Positions 9,951 to 22,769 of a stretch of DNA of 64,000 nt are shown here, one piece after another (positions within the stretch are counted from its first letter, which is position 1; each line of letters starts with the position of its first letter). The position numbers and the translations under genes are program-made. This DNA is from Naegleria gruberi. Its lineage: Eukaryota. The stretch lies in NCBI GenBank assembly GCA_000004985.1, contig GG738870.1, one strand, 5' to 3'. Below the pieces are notes generated by a model. The model was not told where the DNA came from. It was given only the letters and a program-made list of their open reading frames with translations, and made no database searches.

Positions 9951-11043
9951 ATGAATGAGCAAAACTCTTCCACAACATCCGCTCCAGAGGAAAGACAAAG
10001 AGGTTTGAGCAATGGAGAAGCAAGCTCTTCAATCTTCCAAACACCATCAAGAAACAACAATGAGGAAGGTTTTTCTGCCTCAACACCCTTCTCGGCTTTT
10101 AGAACAGCTAAGAAGGAGGAAGAACAATCATCATCACAAGGAGGAAATGAAGTATCAGCAGTTAAGGCTAAATATACTGAAAAAACACCATCAGCAGTGA
10201 AATCAGAAACTAGAAATTTGTTGAAGAGAATGGATACAGATGATGCTCTGGAAGCCTTTGAACAATTGTACACTTTGAGTTTGTTTGGTAAGTATCAAGG
10301 TGATCGTTTAAAATTAATAACAATCACACAAACAGCCAGTCACAGACAGCAAATGCTCGATACTGGAGTTATCAGTTCCCTCACTTTGGCATTAAAAACA
10401 AAGCAAAATCGTATCAGGGAATATTGTGCAAGGACTCTTCAATTATTTGCTCAAGACGGAGAAGAGAGTTGTATCGCAATGAAGAGACTCAATATGTGTA
10501 ATTCTAGTTTGGAAATTATTTCTAAAGTTGATGATTTGAATGTAAGAATAACTGTAGTTGGATTAATTTATTGGCTCTGTCAAAATCGTATGTAAATAAT
10601 TATTAGATATATTCAAAATTTCCCATACAATAGCACATTGTAAAAAAGAATTTGTTGATATGGGAACTGAATCCTACATTAAGGAAATTTCAAATAAGAA
10701 TAAGGATCCAATGCTTGCTAAATATTTGAATTATGTATTACACAGTCTCTCCAGTAGAGTGAAAAGTAGAGAAGAAATGTTGAATGAGATTCTTCTCCAA
10801 CAAAAGGAAATGCAAGCTTTGGAACAAGAAAAGAAACAAGACTTTATCCCATATGTAAATCCATCTCCAAGACACTTTTTCAATATTTCTAAAACCCCTT
10901 CTTCCTCTCCAATGACAACCCCAAGAAAAAAGTTAGATTTCTCCACTCCTTCAAAAGCTAACACATCCTTTTCTCAAACTGAAAAATCCACAACCCTAAG
11001 ATCTGAATTGGTTTACGAATCTGATGAATTTGGAGGTCAATAA
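9951..11043 (+). CDS. Hypothetical protein, 2 exons (~9951-10587 and 10634-11043; 46-nt GTATGT...AG intron)
   Basis: Exon 1 (...VGLIYWLCQN) joins in frame to the 10660 ORF (PHCKKEFVDMGTESYIK...) across a GTATGT...caatag intron. First ATG is at 9951 (MNEQNSS). Confidence 0.5.
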
Positions 11044-11156
11044 TCTCTTTAACTTTTCAACTCCAAACTCAAAATGATTTGCATCAGAATAAAAGTAAGC
11101 CTATTGAAATTCTGCTAATTACCGTTGCATTTGTAAATTGCACTAAATTTCAAAAA

Positions 11157-13971
11157 ATGCCCAGACACCATGTTGAATTATTCACACCAGAATTTAGGCA
11201 ATTGATTTTGAACAGTTGCACCCAAAACGAAAGCTCATCCGTATCATATTCTCCATCATTTAATTATGAGGAAGTTAATCATGAAACAGAACCACAAATT
11301 CGTTTGTCTATCCGATTCAAACCAGAAAGTACAATTGCAATAATTGAAAAAAGATTGCTCCGAGCTGATTTGGATATCATATTTAAAATGTATAATTTAA
11401 AAAGAATTTTTGGATTTCAAGTTTTGAATAGATTTGATGAGGGAAGTTCTAAGAAATTATTATCCGAATGTGATTTCTCTCAAGCACAACAAATGGCTGA
11501 AATTATTGAATACATGTTCGTGAAAGATCTCTCTAAACAATTATCCAATCATATCAAAGTACGTAAATGACAATATAGTATAATAATCACTGATTTTTTC
11601 AGGTTAAAATGGCTACCATTAAAGATGTGACAACTATCGTAAACGAGGTCAATCAATGGGTTACAACAACACTAGCCCAATTCAATAATCAAGAAGAAAT
11701 AGTCTTAACTCCAATTGAAAAAAGCTATTCATATTTCTCTGATAAACCATACAGTAAGTACTTACTATTTTTACATATAATAGTTTACACATTTCAGAAG
11801 CCAATCAAAACAAAATTACCAAAAAGTCAGATAATTACGAGCTTAATACCATCAAATTTATGCATAAGGGCTCATTTTCCATTGAACAATTTTTTTCTAA
11901 TAAGATTTTCGAGAAGCAATGTATTACAGAGAAGCAGCCTAACCCTCTTTCTAAAAGATTTTTACACAAATCTGTGTTTATTAGATCCAAAAATTGTATT
12001 GTAACATATGGAGGGTTTGCAATTGGAAAAGGAATCACTGACGACATTATCAAATTTGATTTGGAACAAAAGAAAGCTACTCAATCAACAAGTAGAAAGG
12101 GAAGAATCTTTCACACCTTTGATTACCTTCCACACTTGAATAAGATGGTAGTTTATGGAGGAATTGAAAAAACTGGATCCATTTCCTCTGACTTAATTAG
12201 TATTTCAATGGACTTTTCTTCGGATGTCAGAAGTAATGAGTTTTTACCACCTCTATGCTGTCACTCTGCAGTTACACTTTTTGACACTCTCTACATATTT
12301 GGGGGTTTTAATGGAAGCACCTCAAAATATTCCAATACCATGTACTCATTACATATTCCAACATTAAGTATCAAATCTTCAGCATCCAAATTTTGTCCGA
12401 GTGAAAGAATTGGATCTGCAATGACCATAGTTGGGGATAATATTTTTGTTTTTGGAGGAATGGATTCTAATGGAAATATTCTCTCAGATATTTACAGATA
12501 TAACATTTCACAAGATTTATTCCATCCTATCTTATCTGATGAATATGCCATTAATCCAAAATTATGCTTTTCTAATATGTTTATTATAGGAAATAATATC
12601 TACCTATTTGGAGGTTGGAATGGTGTAGAATGGAATAATTCTCTTTTTGAAACAAGCAAAGAAGAATTTAAATGGAAAATAGCAAAAGGTTATACTAATA
12701 GTATTAGTTCTGATTTTAATTCATATAATCCTATGAGTAGTATTGTACCTGTATCAGAGAAAATAATTTACTTACTAGGAGGATTGGACTTACCTTTCCC
12801 TTTCATTTCAATACTGGACACATTTGCTACTTTAGCGACTGGAAAAATTGACTTTACAATTTCAAATACAAAGCCAAGTTACAGAATATTTCAACACAAA
12901 CGTCAAACAGATGAATTTTTACTCTCACAAACATACTTGAATTGGTTTAAGAAGCAAATTCCAGAAGAGTGTGACGTGACCATTCTTGTTAACATCCCAA
13001 ACCAAGTTGAGCAAGAATTATTTTATGGATTCAAGTTAGTTCTTGTAAGATCACCAGTATTGTCAAGAAAAATATTGGAACAAGAAGGCCATAATAAGTG
13101 GCGTAATTTGAAGCATGGCAGCCATGCTGTTATCCTCTTGGATGATTTCCCATCAAACGTAGAAAATTTGAGAAGGTCATTCAATTCAGTTTTGGAATAT
13201 TTATATTCTGGATCCTTCTCAACAAAGGATTTAAAGTCTGAAGATTATTCAGACATTTACAAGGTGGCCTGTTACTTAGAAATACCACTACTTTACAAAG
13301 CTCTTGATGGAACACTCAATGTTGATGATTCACTGGAAACAAAGAATCTATTATCCACTATAACCATTCAACTTGACCATTTATTCAGCCCATGTGAAAC
13401 CATTTCGAATATTGAAGATTTCATGACAACTATTGATGAAAATCCAATTGCACCTGGAATGGTGAAAATCATTGCCCCTACCTCATTAGATAGCTCAACA
13501 TATCAATCTATTCTTGTCCACAAGTTTATTTTGACTCAAAGATGTAGATATTTTAATGCTGTGTTTGAAATGAACTTCCTAGAGTCTCATACTAGAGTTG
13601 TTTTAATTGAGCAGAATACCTTCAAAGGTCTATTGTCAATTTTACATTTTGTTTACACTGGTAATATTGTGGAGCTAGATCTTTCCAACGCAGTAGAAAT
13701 CTTCATGTCTTCATTCCAATTTGAACTGGAAGAACTAATGGAAGCTTCTAAACTATTCATTAGAGAACATGAATTTGATGTATTTACCACTATTCGACTA
13801 TTAGAGATTTGTGAAACAGTAAATGATAAGATCATGCAAGATTATTGCAAGTATAGCATTGCTAAACGTTACGAAATAGTTATGAAACATGATCCATCAG
13901 CACTTGATAATTTAAGTAAGGTATCTAGAGTGGATATAAATGATTTAAGAAAGTCTGTTTTGAAGCACTAG
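11157..13971 (+). CDS. Kelch-repeat / BTB-BACK protein, 3 exons (~11157-11558, 11603-11753, 11798-13971), ~908 aa
   Basis: Kelch-type blades with repeated YGG/FGG motifs (e.g. IVTYGGFAIGKG, MVVYGGIE, LYIFGGFNGS) are followed by a BTB-like region (CDVTILVN...QELFYGFKLVLVRSPVLS, ...VLIEQNTFKGLLSILHFVYTGNI). Introns are 44 nt and 44 nt with GTACGT and GTAAGT donors. Confidence 0.7.
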
Positions 13972-14571
13972 ACAATTCTTGGATCTAAAATGAAATGTCG
14001 AAAAAGATCTTGTAATATTTAGAGAAAGCCAAGTGATCAAGTTTCAAACATTTAAGGTTGAAGGATAAAATTGGTTACAACTTTTTCGGAAATGATTAAT
14101 ATTGGGCAGTAAATATGAAATGACTTCCATAAGAATTAAGATACAAATTGAATATCTTTAAAATTTGTTAGTCAACCAAATTCAATTTGAATGCTCTATT
14201 TTTAAAAAATTGAAAGGAGTTTAGTATTTTGGATATCAATTCGAAACCTTCATTCCTTACAAGGATTTTAAGTAAGAAGAAGCCTCATCATCTTTAATTT
14301 CATCACCCAGCCAAACACGATATCAATAGAGATTGAAACCTCCATCAACACCCGAGTAATGCGATGTCATTAGCCAACTCCAGCCCGACAATCGCTCAAC
14401 AGGACATTTCCGACTCAATGCCTTTGTTTTTTTAATAACACAAAGAAGAATTGCAGCGCAGTGAAGGGTTGTTTGAAATTTTACTTCAACCAAAAGGCAG
14501 GAGCGCTTTTCATGATAAAACCGTTAGAGAAAAAACATTAAAAAAAACAAAACAACAACTAAACATACAGA

Positions 14572-15084
14572 ATGGTCCACCATCAATGCAAAATCGTCGT
14601 TCCTATGAGCAAGGAAGCCTATTGGAAAATTATTTTCTCGGATGAATTTGATACATTCGCTGCACCATACCTTAAATTCAAAAAGATTGAAATTGAACAT
14701 GATACTGCTTGTACCGAACCAAATATTTTGAAGAGAAGAGTTAAAGTTTATCCCGATTATGCAATTCCAAGTGCCATGTTGTGGTATTTGGGCCAAACAG
14801 AATTCCACTACATTGATGTCCAACAAAGAGATGAAGCAAAGCAAGAAATTATTTCACATACAATTCCTCCAGTCCATGAAGATTATCTTACAATTTCAAC
14901 TCGTCAATATTTCGAACCAATTGATGATAATAGTTGCACACATATTATGGAAATTGAAGTTTCTTGCTCTGCTTGGGGTATTGGTACAATTGTAGAATCA
15001 GCTATCGTTAGTGGTGTTGAAGAAGGTTATGGTTTATTACCAAAAGCTTTGGAAGCTTTCCTTGCTTCAAAGGCCAACAACTAG
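14572..15084 (+). CDS. Hypothetical 170-aa protein
   Basis: ATG immediately follows an acceptor-like ...catacag. A GC-richer block ending in T7 at ~14330-14445 may be a non-coding 5' exon. Confidence 0.4.
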   Translation: MVHHQCKIVVPMSKEAYWKIIFSDEFDTFAAPYLKFKKIEIEHDTACTEPNILKRRVKVYPDYAIPSAMLWYLGQTEFHYIDVQQRDEAKQEIISHTIPPVHEDYLTISTRQYFEPIDDNSCTHIMEIEVSCSAWGIGTIVESAIVSGVEEGYGLLPKALEAFLASKANN

Positions 15085-15328
15085 GTTCATAATTAATTTA
15101 TTCACAATATCTCTCCACATTTTCACCTCTACACACACCAACCCAATTCTATCTTCATCATCTATATAATGTACAAACAATTAACTCACGCATTATAAAA
15201 ACATTTTTGCAATTATTATTATGAAAATATTATTTTAATATTTAGGAATTGGAGGAGATGATTATTGTGATGAAGGAGATAATGTAATTATTGAGTGTTC
15301 GGAATATTAAGGTAATAATCCAAATATG

Positions 15329-16810
15329 TTATTTATTCTCAGACTTGGCTTGGAAAGTTTTATATTTCTTTACAATCGCTCTCAATGCTTGGGATGTGAC
15401 CTTGTCTGAAAATGCTTGTTCAAAGTTCAATGCCAAAGGAGCCCAAGGAGAATATTGAGAAAGGAAAGAGCAATGACCCCCGTGTTGTGTCTCAATAATA
15501 TATAAATTCTTAGCTCCATTGGCATGAACAATTTCAGACATTTTGGCTGAATCATATGTAATGACTTGGTCATCTTTGGCCAATATGCAAAATACTGGAG
15601 CATGATATTCTTCATCTCTTGATGAGTTATTATGAGATGATTCTTCCTCATTACTTTCATCATAGTAGATATCTTCTCCCAATTGATTCACAGTTGTCTT
15701 GACACGTGTGAGTGTCTTTTCTCCTGAAATTCTTTGTAAATGTTTCATAAATGTTGATCTCTTATTATAAAAATCAATGTTAATATCATTCAAATCGTGC
15801 ATTGGTTGAGTAAGAAAGGTATCAATATGTTTAACAGTCTTACACTTTTTCATAAGTTCGTCGTCCAAGTGAGGTAATTCCCTCTTAATCAATTCCTGAT
15901 TGTTATTGAAAACATTCATAATAAATGTGACCATAAACTTGTTATAGGCAGGATTGGTTTCCAAAGAAGAAAGAGTTTCTAGCATATCAAAAGGTTGTGA
16001 AACAGTCACTGCTCCAATAACCTTTGGATTCTTTTTCACTTTTGTTGATCCCAATTGTTTGGTAATATTGACCCCACCAGCTGAATAACCAACAAGTAAA
16101 ATCTCAGCTCCTTCATAGGACTTTGATACTATATCAATAACTCTTTCAACAGTTCTCTTATGTGAATTGAGGAAGAATTTTGCCTTCTTCAATTTAATAT
16201 TTCTCTGTGAATGACATCCAGGTCTATTAAAAACTACAATATTGTATTCATCCTCAACACTTCTAATTAAGCTGTGAATATAGTACGATTCTGAAGATCC
16301 TGTAATCCCTGGAAATACAAGTAGTGTTGGTTTCTTTTCATTTGATTCCTTTTTAGGTTTATAAAAATCCAAACAAATATCCTCCAAAGATGGATCAAAA
16401 TCCTCATAAAACTTGGTTTCAAATTGTAAATTATCAGATCCAAGGAATAAATCTCTAATTGGTAACAGTAAGGTTGGCATTACATCATGTAAAAGTGAAA
16501 AGTTTCCAATCAAGAGTGGAAAACGATACTATTTTCCAATTAAATTATTAAAATATCAATATACTGTATGCCACTCAAAACAAACCTTTTCTTCCAAGTA
16601 TGGCACTTGATAGTCTCCAACTTTTTTTGTCTTGTCTAAAGTTTTTAATATCGGAATGTCTCGTAACAGTTCCTTGCACGATTCTTCCTTGTCATTGAAG
16701 TGAAGAATTGGATTTTCATAATTGAATAAATAGTGCCACAAACAAGCACCTCCAGAGAGTGACAAAAGAGAGGCTAATCCTGTTGAGAGCATTTTCTTTG
16801 ATAAAAACAT
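15329..16810 (-). CDS. Alpha/beta-hydrolase of the ABHD1/ABHD3 / yeast EHT1-EEB1 (YheT) type, 2 exons (~16810-16565, 16528-15329; 36-nt intron), N-terminal TM anchor
   Basis: GYSAGG nucleophile elbow; LLVFPGITGSSESYY; an N-terminal hydrophobic segment. The exon join (...FEWHT|YRFPLLIGNF...) restores one frame. The TTG ORF-track start is replaced by the first ATG (MFLSKKM). Confidence 0.75.
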
Positions 16811-17132
16811 AAAGTTGTTTGGTGATACTTTTTTATTTGACCATTGAGGAAGGACCAAGAGCAACAAGGAAAGAAGAGGTTTCGTTCATTAGGATGTTTT
16901 TTTGTGTACGATTTTGTGCCGATAGTGCGATGATATTATAAAAACTACTTATTTTACAATGTATTTACAAGTTTATTAAATTTACAATTATTGGAATAAA
17001 CCATTCAGTGAATCCAAAAAGTCTAAATTATTTTGTTGTAAAGAAGTTCCATTAACATTCATAGCAAAGGTGTGATCATTCATTGCTGCAAAGGCATCAA
17101 ATGAAGGAAGGAAAGCATCTTCGTTATTATTA

Positions 17133-18964
17133 CTAGTTGGATTGAATTGTGGTACTTGTTGAGGATCCAAAAATATTATTATTATTGTTAGTATTGTTGA
17201 GGAAGTGTTGAAGAGTTTGGTCTGTATGTGCAGTGCTGTTGTTTGCTCCAAGCATCAACGGCATCATATCTTGGCTATAGAGGTAAGGAGTATAAAAGTT
17301 TGGATTGGAATTAATCATAGAGAAGACATCAGTATTATCAAAGTTATTCAAATTATTTGTGTTTGGATTACTTGTAGTGTTGTGTCGTTGTACTTTGAAT
17401 AATTCTGCTTGTTCAAGAAGTAATTCAATATCTCTTATCAATTGTTGGAATCTAGTCTTGACAACTTCATACTTTGTACCCAAAAGTTTAAGTGCCTTTA
17501 AGTCGTCACTCAAAGCTCTTACTAACATGTCATCTTGGTAAGCAGCAAGATCTTTGACTAATAAATTATAGTGAACTCTAGCGGCAATGGCCAAAGATCT
17601 GATTACAATGACAGGAGCTAATTCGAATGTAGGTATTCTTGTAAGTGAGGTAATTCTATCAGCAGCTTCTTTAACTTGAATGGAATCTTTGAGGCCATGC
17701 TTTTCCAAGACCTTAATTCTCATAGTATCAAGATACATCAAATAAACAATTTTGCTCAAATCCTTCTTTGAGGAACACAAAGTATCTGTACAGGATGTGC
17801 TGAGTGATGTAGTCAAGAGGTCAAGTTTTTTCATCTTTTCTGAAAGTTCTTCTTCACAAACAATAAATCCATTCTCAGATGATTCAATATTAAGTTCTGG
17901 GTGGTTATGAATGATGAGAGATAACAATCTATTCAATAAGAAGCAACATTGAGCCTTATCTTCTTCCATAGCCAAATGTATGACTGTTGTTAAACCCTTC
18001 AAAAAGGATGAATCTGTTTCACTAGTGTTATGTTTTTGTTGTTCAAGATAAAAGAGAACTGAATTCAAATAGAATTTAGCACCCAAAAAGTCTCCTTCTC
18101 CTACAAGGTAACTTGAAAGATAGGCATATGAGCAAACAACATTAAAATCTGTGATATTATCAAAAACTGTGGAAACGGTTTGTCTTGATCTTTGGTAAAG
18201 TTGTTTTGACAAATCATGTTGACCAATTCTTTGGAAGCAAACAGATTGTAAAGCATAGAGCAAAGCCAAATCAGGTACATCAATTTCATGCATAAACTTC
18301 TTCTTTTTAACAGCACCAGTGACAACACTACTGTTGGACAAGGAATGACTCATCAACTTATCCATCTTTGATCTTTGGTTAACTGGTAAAGAATCTCCAA
18401 CAATTTCCTTATAAACATCAAAGCAAAGCTTTTTGATATATTCTTCAGATAATCTTGTTGCCGATTGGTCTATGGTTATTTCCTTTGGTGAAATTGAAGT
18501 ATTTTCTGCTGAATCAGTTCCGTATGAGGTTGCAGCTCCAGGTGTAACAAATTCAGAGTCAATGTTTGGTCTAATTTCGTTTGATTCAGTGTGTTTTCTC
18601 TTTCTCATATTACTTTGAGCATCCTCAGGAATGACAGAGTCTTCCTCCTCTTCTTCTTCATGGTTATGTAATTCGGGAATAGCCAAAGGATTTTCGTCTC
18701 CACCCTTCTTTGGTTGTGGTCCTCTCTTCTTTGGTGATCTATACGAACACTCTTTTCCAAGTCTCTTACAATTACTACAGTTAGGAAGTTTTTTATCACA
18801 TTTACGATGTCCTTTTCTACACTATATAACACTACTATTAAAACAGGCTATAATATTTTACCATCACTTACCTGCACACAAGCTATTGCCGAAAATTGTT
18901 CAATAGGTTGTTCACGAAGGCTGTTAGATAATTTTCCTACTTGTACTTCTTCTTCGTTAATCAT
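17133..18964 (-). CDS. Zn(2)-Cys(6) fungal-type zinc-cluster transcription factor, 2 exons (~18964-18872, 18821-17133; 50-nt intron), poly-Asn C-terminus
   Basis: Splicing gives ...ACVQ|CRKGHRKCDKKLPNCSNCKRLGKEC, which is C-x2-C-x6-C-x6-C-x2-C-x6-C. The intron falls after the first Cys pair. Exon 2 coincides with the 17133-18686 ORF. Confidence 0.75.
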
Positions 18965-19405
18965 TTTTGATGTCAGTCACTTTAGATGATGGTGATGATC
19001 AATTAGAAATTCGTATGATGTTGTTGAATCGTAAACGTTTATCAGCGAACGTTCTCTCTCGCGAAAGCACAAACTACTACTATTGGACAATTTCTCTCTG
19101 CGCTCGCAATGGAGGGTGCGGCCGTATTTTTTCAAGAATGATTGCTTGCAGGCTCTAGTAGCATAAAGAGGGTTTATTAAACAATTGTACGCACGAGCTA
19201 GGTTAACCCTATGCGGATTTTCAAGGTTTTTGATTGTAAAGCAGCTTGTTATGTTGTTGAAATCGGCAACTACATTTACTACTATTATAGAGTGGTAGTA
19301 ATTACTGTGAAGAGATGGAAATCCATTGCAGAATCTTTTCAATTTGGAAGTTGGATTACATGGGCTTTGACTTTTGGGAACCAAGTCAATTAAGGAATAA
19401 TGTGT

Positions 19406-21599
19406 TTATTGAGTGTCAAATCTTGAGAGTGGATGAGCTTCAGTAGTAAACACATACTTATCTAGAGGAATTTGGTCATCTGTGAATAATAAATACAAAT
19501 ATTTGAGAGTTTCAGAAAGGAAGAAGGATTCCATAGCATTATCTCTCACACCGTCTACAATTAGAACATTCTTCAGACCTGCATAGGCAATTGGAGTCTT
19601 ACAATGCTTTTCAATAGATTGGAAAATGTTCCAACCCCATTCCTTGTACATTTTATCACCAGTTAGTCTGTACAAAATAAAGATTGATTCAATTGCTTCT
19701 GGTCTAAGAATGTAATGAGGAGCTTGAAGGGAGAAATCATCTGTTTCACTTGAAAAGTTTACAATTTCACATCCAATACCTGTTGGTTGTCTTTTGTAAA
19801 TTTCGTAACATGTACGAGTAAGTTCCTTAGCCAAATTCATATCTTCATCCAATTCTTCTCTTGTAACATTCATTCCAATATTACTTGATTCGAGAGATCC
19901 AAGAGCTAACATGCCACCCTATAGTTTGATAATTAGGTGTTAAAATAATGAAACAAATAATAATACTTACAGCAAAACAAACCAAATGGTCAAATTTTGT
20001 TTGTACAACCCCACCTCTCATTTCTCCAATATAGACTAATTTGTTTGGAGTTGATCTTTTGATAAGATATTTCTTGAGACCTCTAACAAATTCTCTGTAC
20101 ATTCTGTGGAATTTTTCATCTCCTGTCATCAAGTATTGCTTTAAAAGATATTCGTAAAAACTATCTCCTAAAGCTCCTAAAGTGATATGGTCTCCATGGA
20201 AAGCACCATTTTCAGTATTGAGATAGCTTGGATAAAGACCTTCATATGCCTTGGTTTGAGAATCCAATACTTCCATGATTTTTTGGGCATGTTGTGCAAA
20301 TCTTCTATCACCTGAATGTTTTGACAAGTATTTAAATTCCAATTGAATAGATCCTGCTTCAGATAGAATTGATGTGGTTCTATGCCAATCAGCATTTCTA
20401 AAAGATCCTGATTGAAGATTAACCTCAGTGTGAGGGAAAGATGTATCCTTATGGAATGCAGGCAATAATTTTTCAGCAATTTCTTGTGCCTTATACAAGT
20501 AGACAGAATCTTTTGTAAGGTCGTAGATACTCAAAAATCCCTGTATTGTAATTCATCATTTGAATTGTGAAATAATGTAATTTGTGAAATTGTTAAATTA
20601 TAATGAGAATATTTCAAAACTTACACCAACATAACGAATGGTAGTTTCAAAAACAGATACCCATTGGTCTTTATCAAAGCTAAGAGTACTGATAAATTGT
20701 TTGCTTTTCTCCAACTCATCCTTCAAACCCATAATAAACATAGTATCTAAACTGTCAACAATAGTCGCAGCCATATTTCCAAAGTTGTCTCTTGACTAGA
20801 TATTTTAGAAAGGATTAATTTAAACTCAACTTACATCATTTGTTAATGGTCTTACTTCATCATGTCCCCATGCATATGTTTCATAACCTCTCCATGCATG
20901 TAAAAATGCATTTCTTACAGAGTTTCTTCTGAATTCATCTGTAGTTTCATCTGCAATTTCAACAGATGGAAAATCTTGAGGAGTGTGCTCTTCCTTTTGC
21001 TCTGCATGAGTGCTTGGCTGTTGAGATTCTGATTCCTTACTAATAATCTGCTTTTCATGTTTGGATTCTTCATTAACTATGTTTGAAGTCGGCAGAGGAG
21101 CTGATTCTTGCTCTGTTATGATGCTTTCCTCTGGTTTAGCTTGTGATTCCAATTGTTGTAAAGTTGATTGTTCTGATGTTTGTTCATTTGATAATACTTT
21201 ATCTGTAATACTTGGTTCATTGTTATTATTATTTGTTGGTTGTTCATAATTTTGATCTTTTTCAGTCTCAACTCTGAGTTGTGAATTCAACATATTGCCT
21301 CTCTGTTTAATTTCTCTCTTTCCATCAAAATAGATTTTCAATGCAAAAATCACACCTCCTAAAATTAAAAAGAAAATTACTAAAGTGGTGATTGTATTGA
21401 TGGTTGAGCGTTGGGCTTTCTTTCCTTTAGATTTACTTTCGTCATCCTCCGATGTGTTACTAACACTATCATTTGATTCTATTGCTCGCGATGATCTATT
21501 TCTAAGCGTAGTAGAATTATCACTTCTCTCATTAGTTGCCGAAGCACTGTTTTGACTAACACGTGGCAATTCTTCTTCACCTGCCAATGTTGAAGACAT
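19406..21599 (-). CDS. Class I alpha-1,2-mannosidase (glycoside hydrolase family 47), type-II membrane protein, 4 exons (~21599-20835, 20795-20625, 20540-19971, 19918-19406), ~672 aa
   Basis: AWGHDEVRPL; VFETTIRYVGG|FLSIYDL restored across an intron; ...VCFA|GGMLALGS; ESFFLSETLKYLYLLF. An N-terminal cytosolic tail is followed by the TM helix TLVIFFLILGGVIFAL. Introns are 39, 84 and 52 nt. Confidence 0.85.
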
Positions 21600-21766
21600 T
21601 TTTTTGTAATGGTCATAATTACTCTTGTTTTACTATCTCGGAGAAGTAACTCCACAAGAATGGTGTGTTAAATAATCAAGATTTTTAGGATGGATTGATA
21701 GATTTTCTACTCTACGGTACCAGAGAACAACATAGATTGTGATAGAGTTACCAGTTCTGTTATTTA

Positions 21767-22537
21767 TTAAGGAAGTTGAGCGAGGATGATATGAGAACAT
21801 GGCAAGGAGGAAAGTGCTGGGTCAGATTGTAAACCTTTCTGGAGAGCAGCTACGGTCAAAACTTTCTCCTCTGTGAATCTGCCTGAGAGTTCAATAATTT
21901 CTGCAGCAATATATTCCAACAAGGCTGAAAAACCAGCACAAATACAAGTCAAGCTCACTTCTCTGCAAAACACATCTTGATGAAATTCAAAGTGTTCCAA
22001 AATAAACTCCTTAACTTGTTCAAAATCAAAGGAGAGATGAATCACTTGGTGAGTGACAGGTTGTTCACCATTTGAACGATCAGTAAACTTGTAAATTGCT
22101 TTAATACTTTCAGAATGTGCAAATGGTTTCAAATCTTCAGCAACATTTTCCTTGGTTATTTCTTCAAACAAGTCACCACTTGTATAATTATCGGGGTCAT
22201 TCAATTGTGCTCTTTCAATGCTTTCTGGTGTATGTTCCTTCATGTACTTGATGATTGAAGCTTCTCCTTCTGATGAGGTTTTTAAAGTGAAAACTTTTCT
22301 CTGATTCTCTCCTCTATTCATCAGTACATAAATCAAGAAGTGATGAAGGAAATCAGAGAAGGTTTTTCTAGAAGTTTCATTCCATGATGCGCTTGCTGAA
22401 TATTTTTCAATGACCTTCTCCAAATCGAATTTAATACTAAAATCGAGGGAAAGATTGTTGGATTCTCCTGTTGTTAGTTCAGGTTTCTGATCTTCGTTGG
22501 TTGTTGTTGATGTAGCAATGAATTCGGCTTCAGACAT
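21767..22537 (-). CDS. Protein with a C-terminal histone H2A-like fold preceded by a ~170-aa N-terminal region, 256 aa
   Basis: AGFSALLEYIAAEIIELSGRFTEEKVLTVAALQKGL closely parallels H2A alpha2-L2-alpha3 ([34 protein letters not shown]). Confidence 0.5.
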   Translation of the reverse strand: MSEAEFIATSTTTNEDQKPELTTGESNNLSLDFSIKFDLEKVIEKYSASASWNETSRKTFSDFLHHFLIYVLMNRGENQRKVFTLKTSSEGEASIIKYMKEHTPESIERAQLNDPDNYTSGDLFEEITKENVAEDLKPFAHSESIKAIYKFTDRSNGEQPVTHQVIHLSFDFEQVKEFILEHFEFHQDVFCREVSLTCICAGFSALLEYIAAEIIELSGRFTEEKVLTVAALQKGLQSDPALSSLPCSHIILAQLP

Positions 22538-22769
22538 TTTTTATTTGATTGTTGTGTGATTGGCCAGAAATTGGTGGAATGTTTACCTTTCTGTTGTAAA
22601 GGAAGAACAAATTCCATACCCGTTCTTCACTGTAATTTGCTGTTTAATTCAAGGTTACAGTTTTTCCAAAGCTTAAGATACAGAAACCATTGCAAAATTC
22701 ACTCACAATGATTGCAATATCTTGAACTCCTTGTGCACAAGGAAAGAGATGACAAGATCAAGCTAAAAA

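Noticed and set aside
10271-10330. In-frame GTAAGT...acag segment (60 nt) inside exon 1 of the 9951 gene that could be an intron
   Set aside because: Its length is a multiple of 3 and it contains no stop, so both the retained and spliced readings are open. Cannot be decided without transcripts, so it was kept as exon.
18866-18874. acttacctg (U1 snRNA 5' end) on the plus strand
   Set aside because: It is simply the reverse complement of the exon / GTAAGT donor junction of the minus-strand zinc-cluster gene, not a U1 gene.
18977-19384. 135-aa minus-strand ORF between the zinc-cluster factor and the mannosidase gene
   Set aside because: It lies in the promoter/3'-UTR interval, has His/Cys-rich odd composition and no ATG context. 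The region is locally GC-richer (gcgctcgcaatggagggtgcggccgtatttttt) and I compared it with U1, U2, U4, U5, U6 and 5S consensus sequences without a match.
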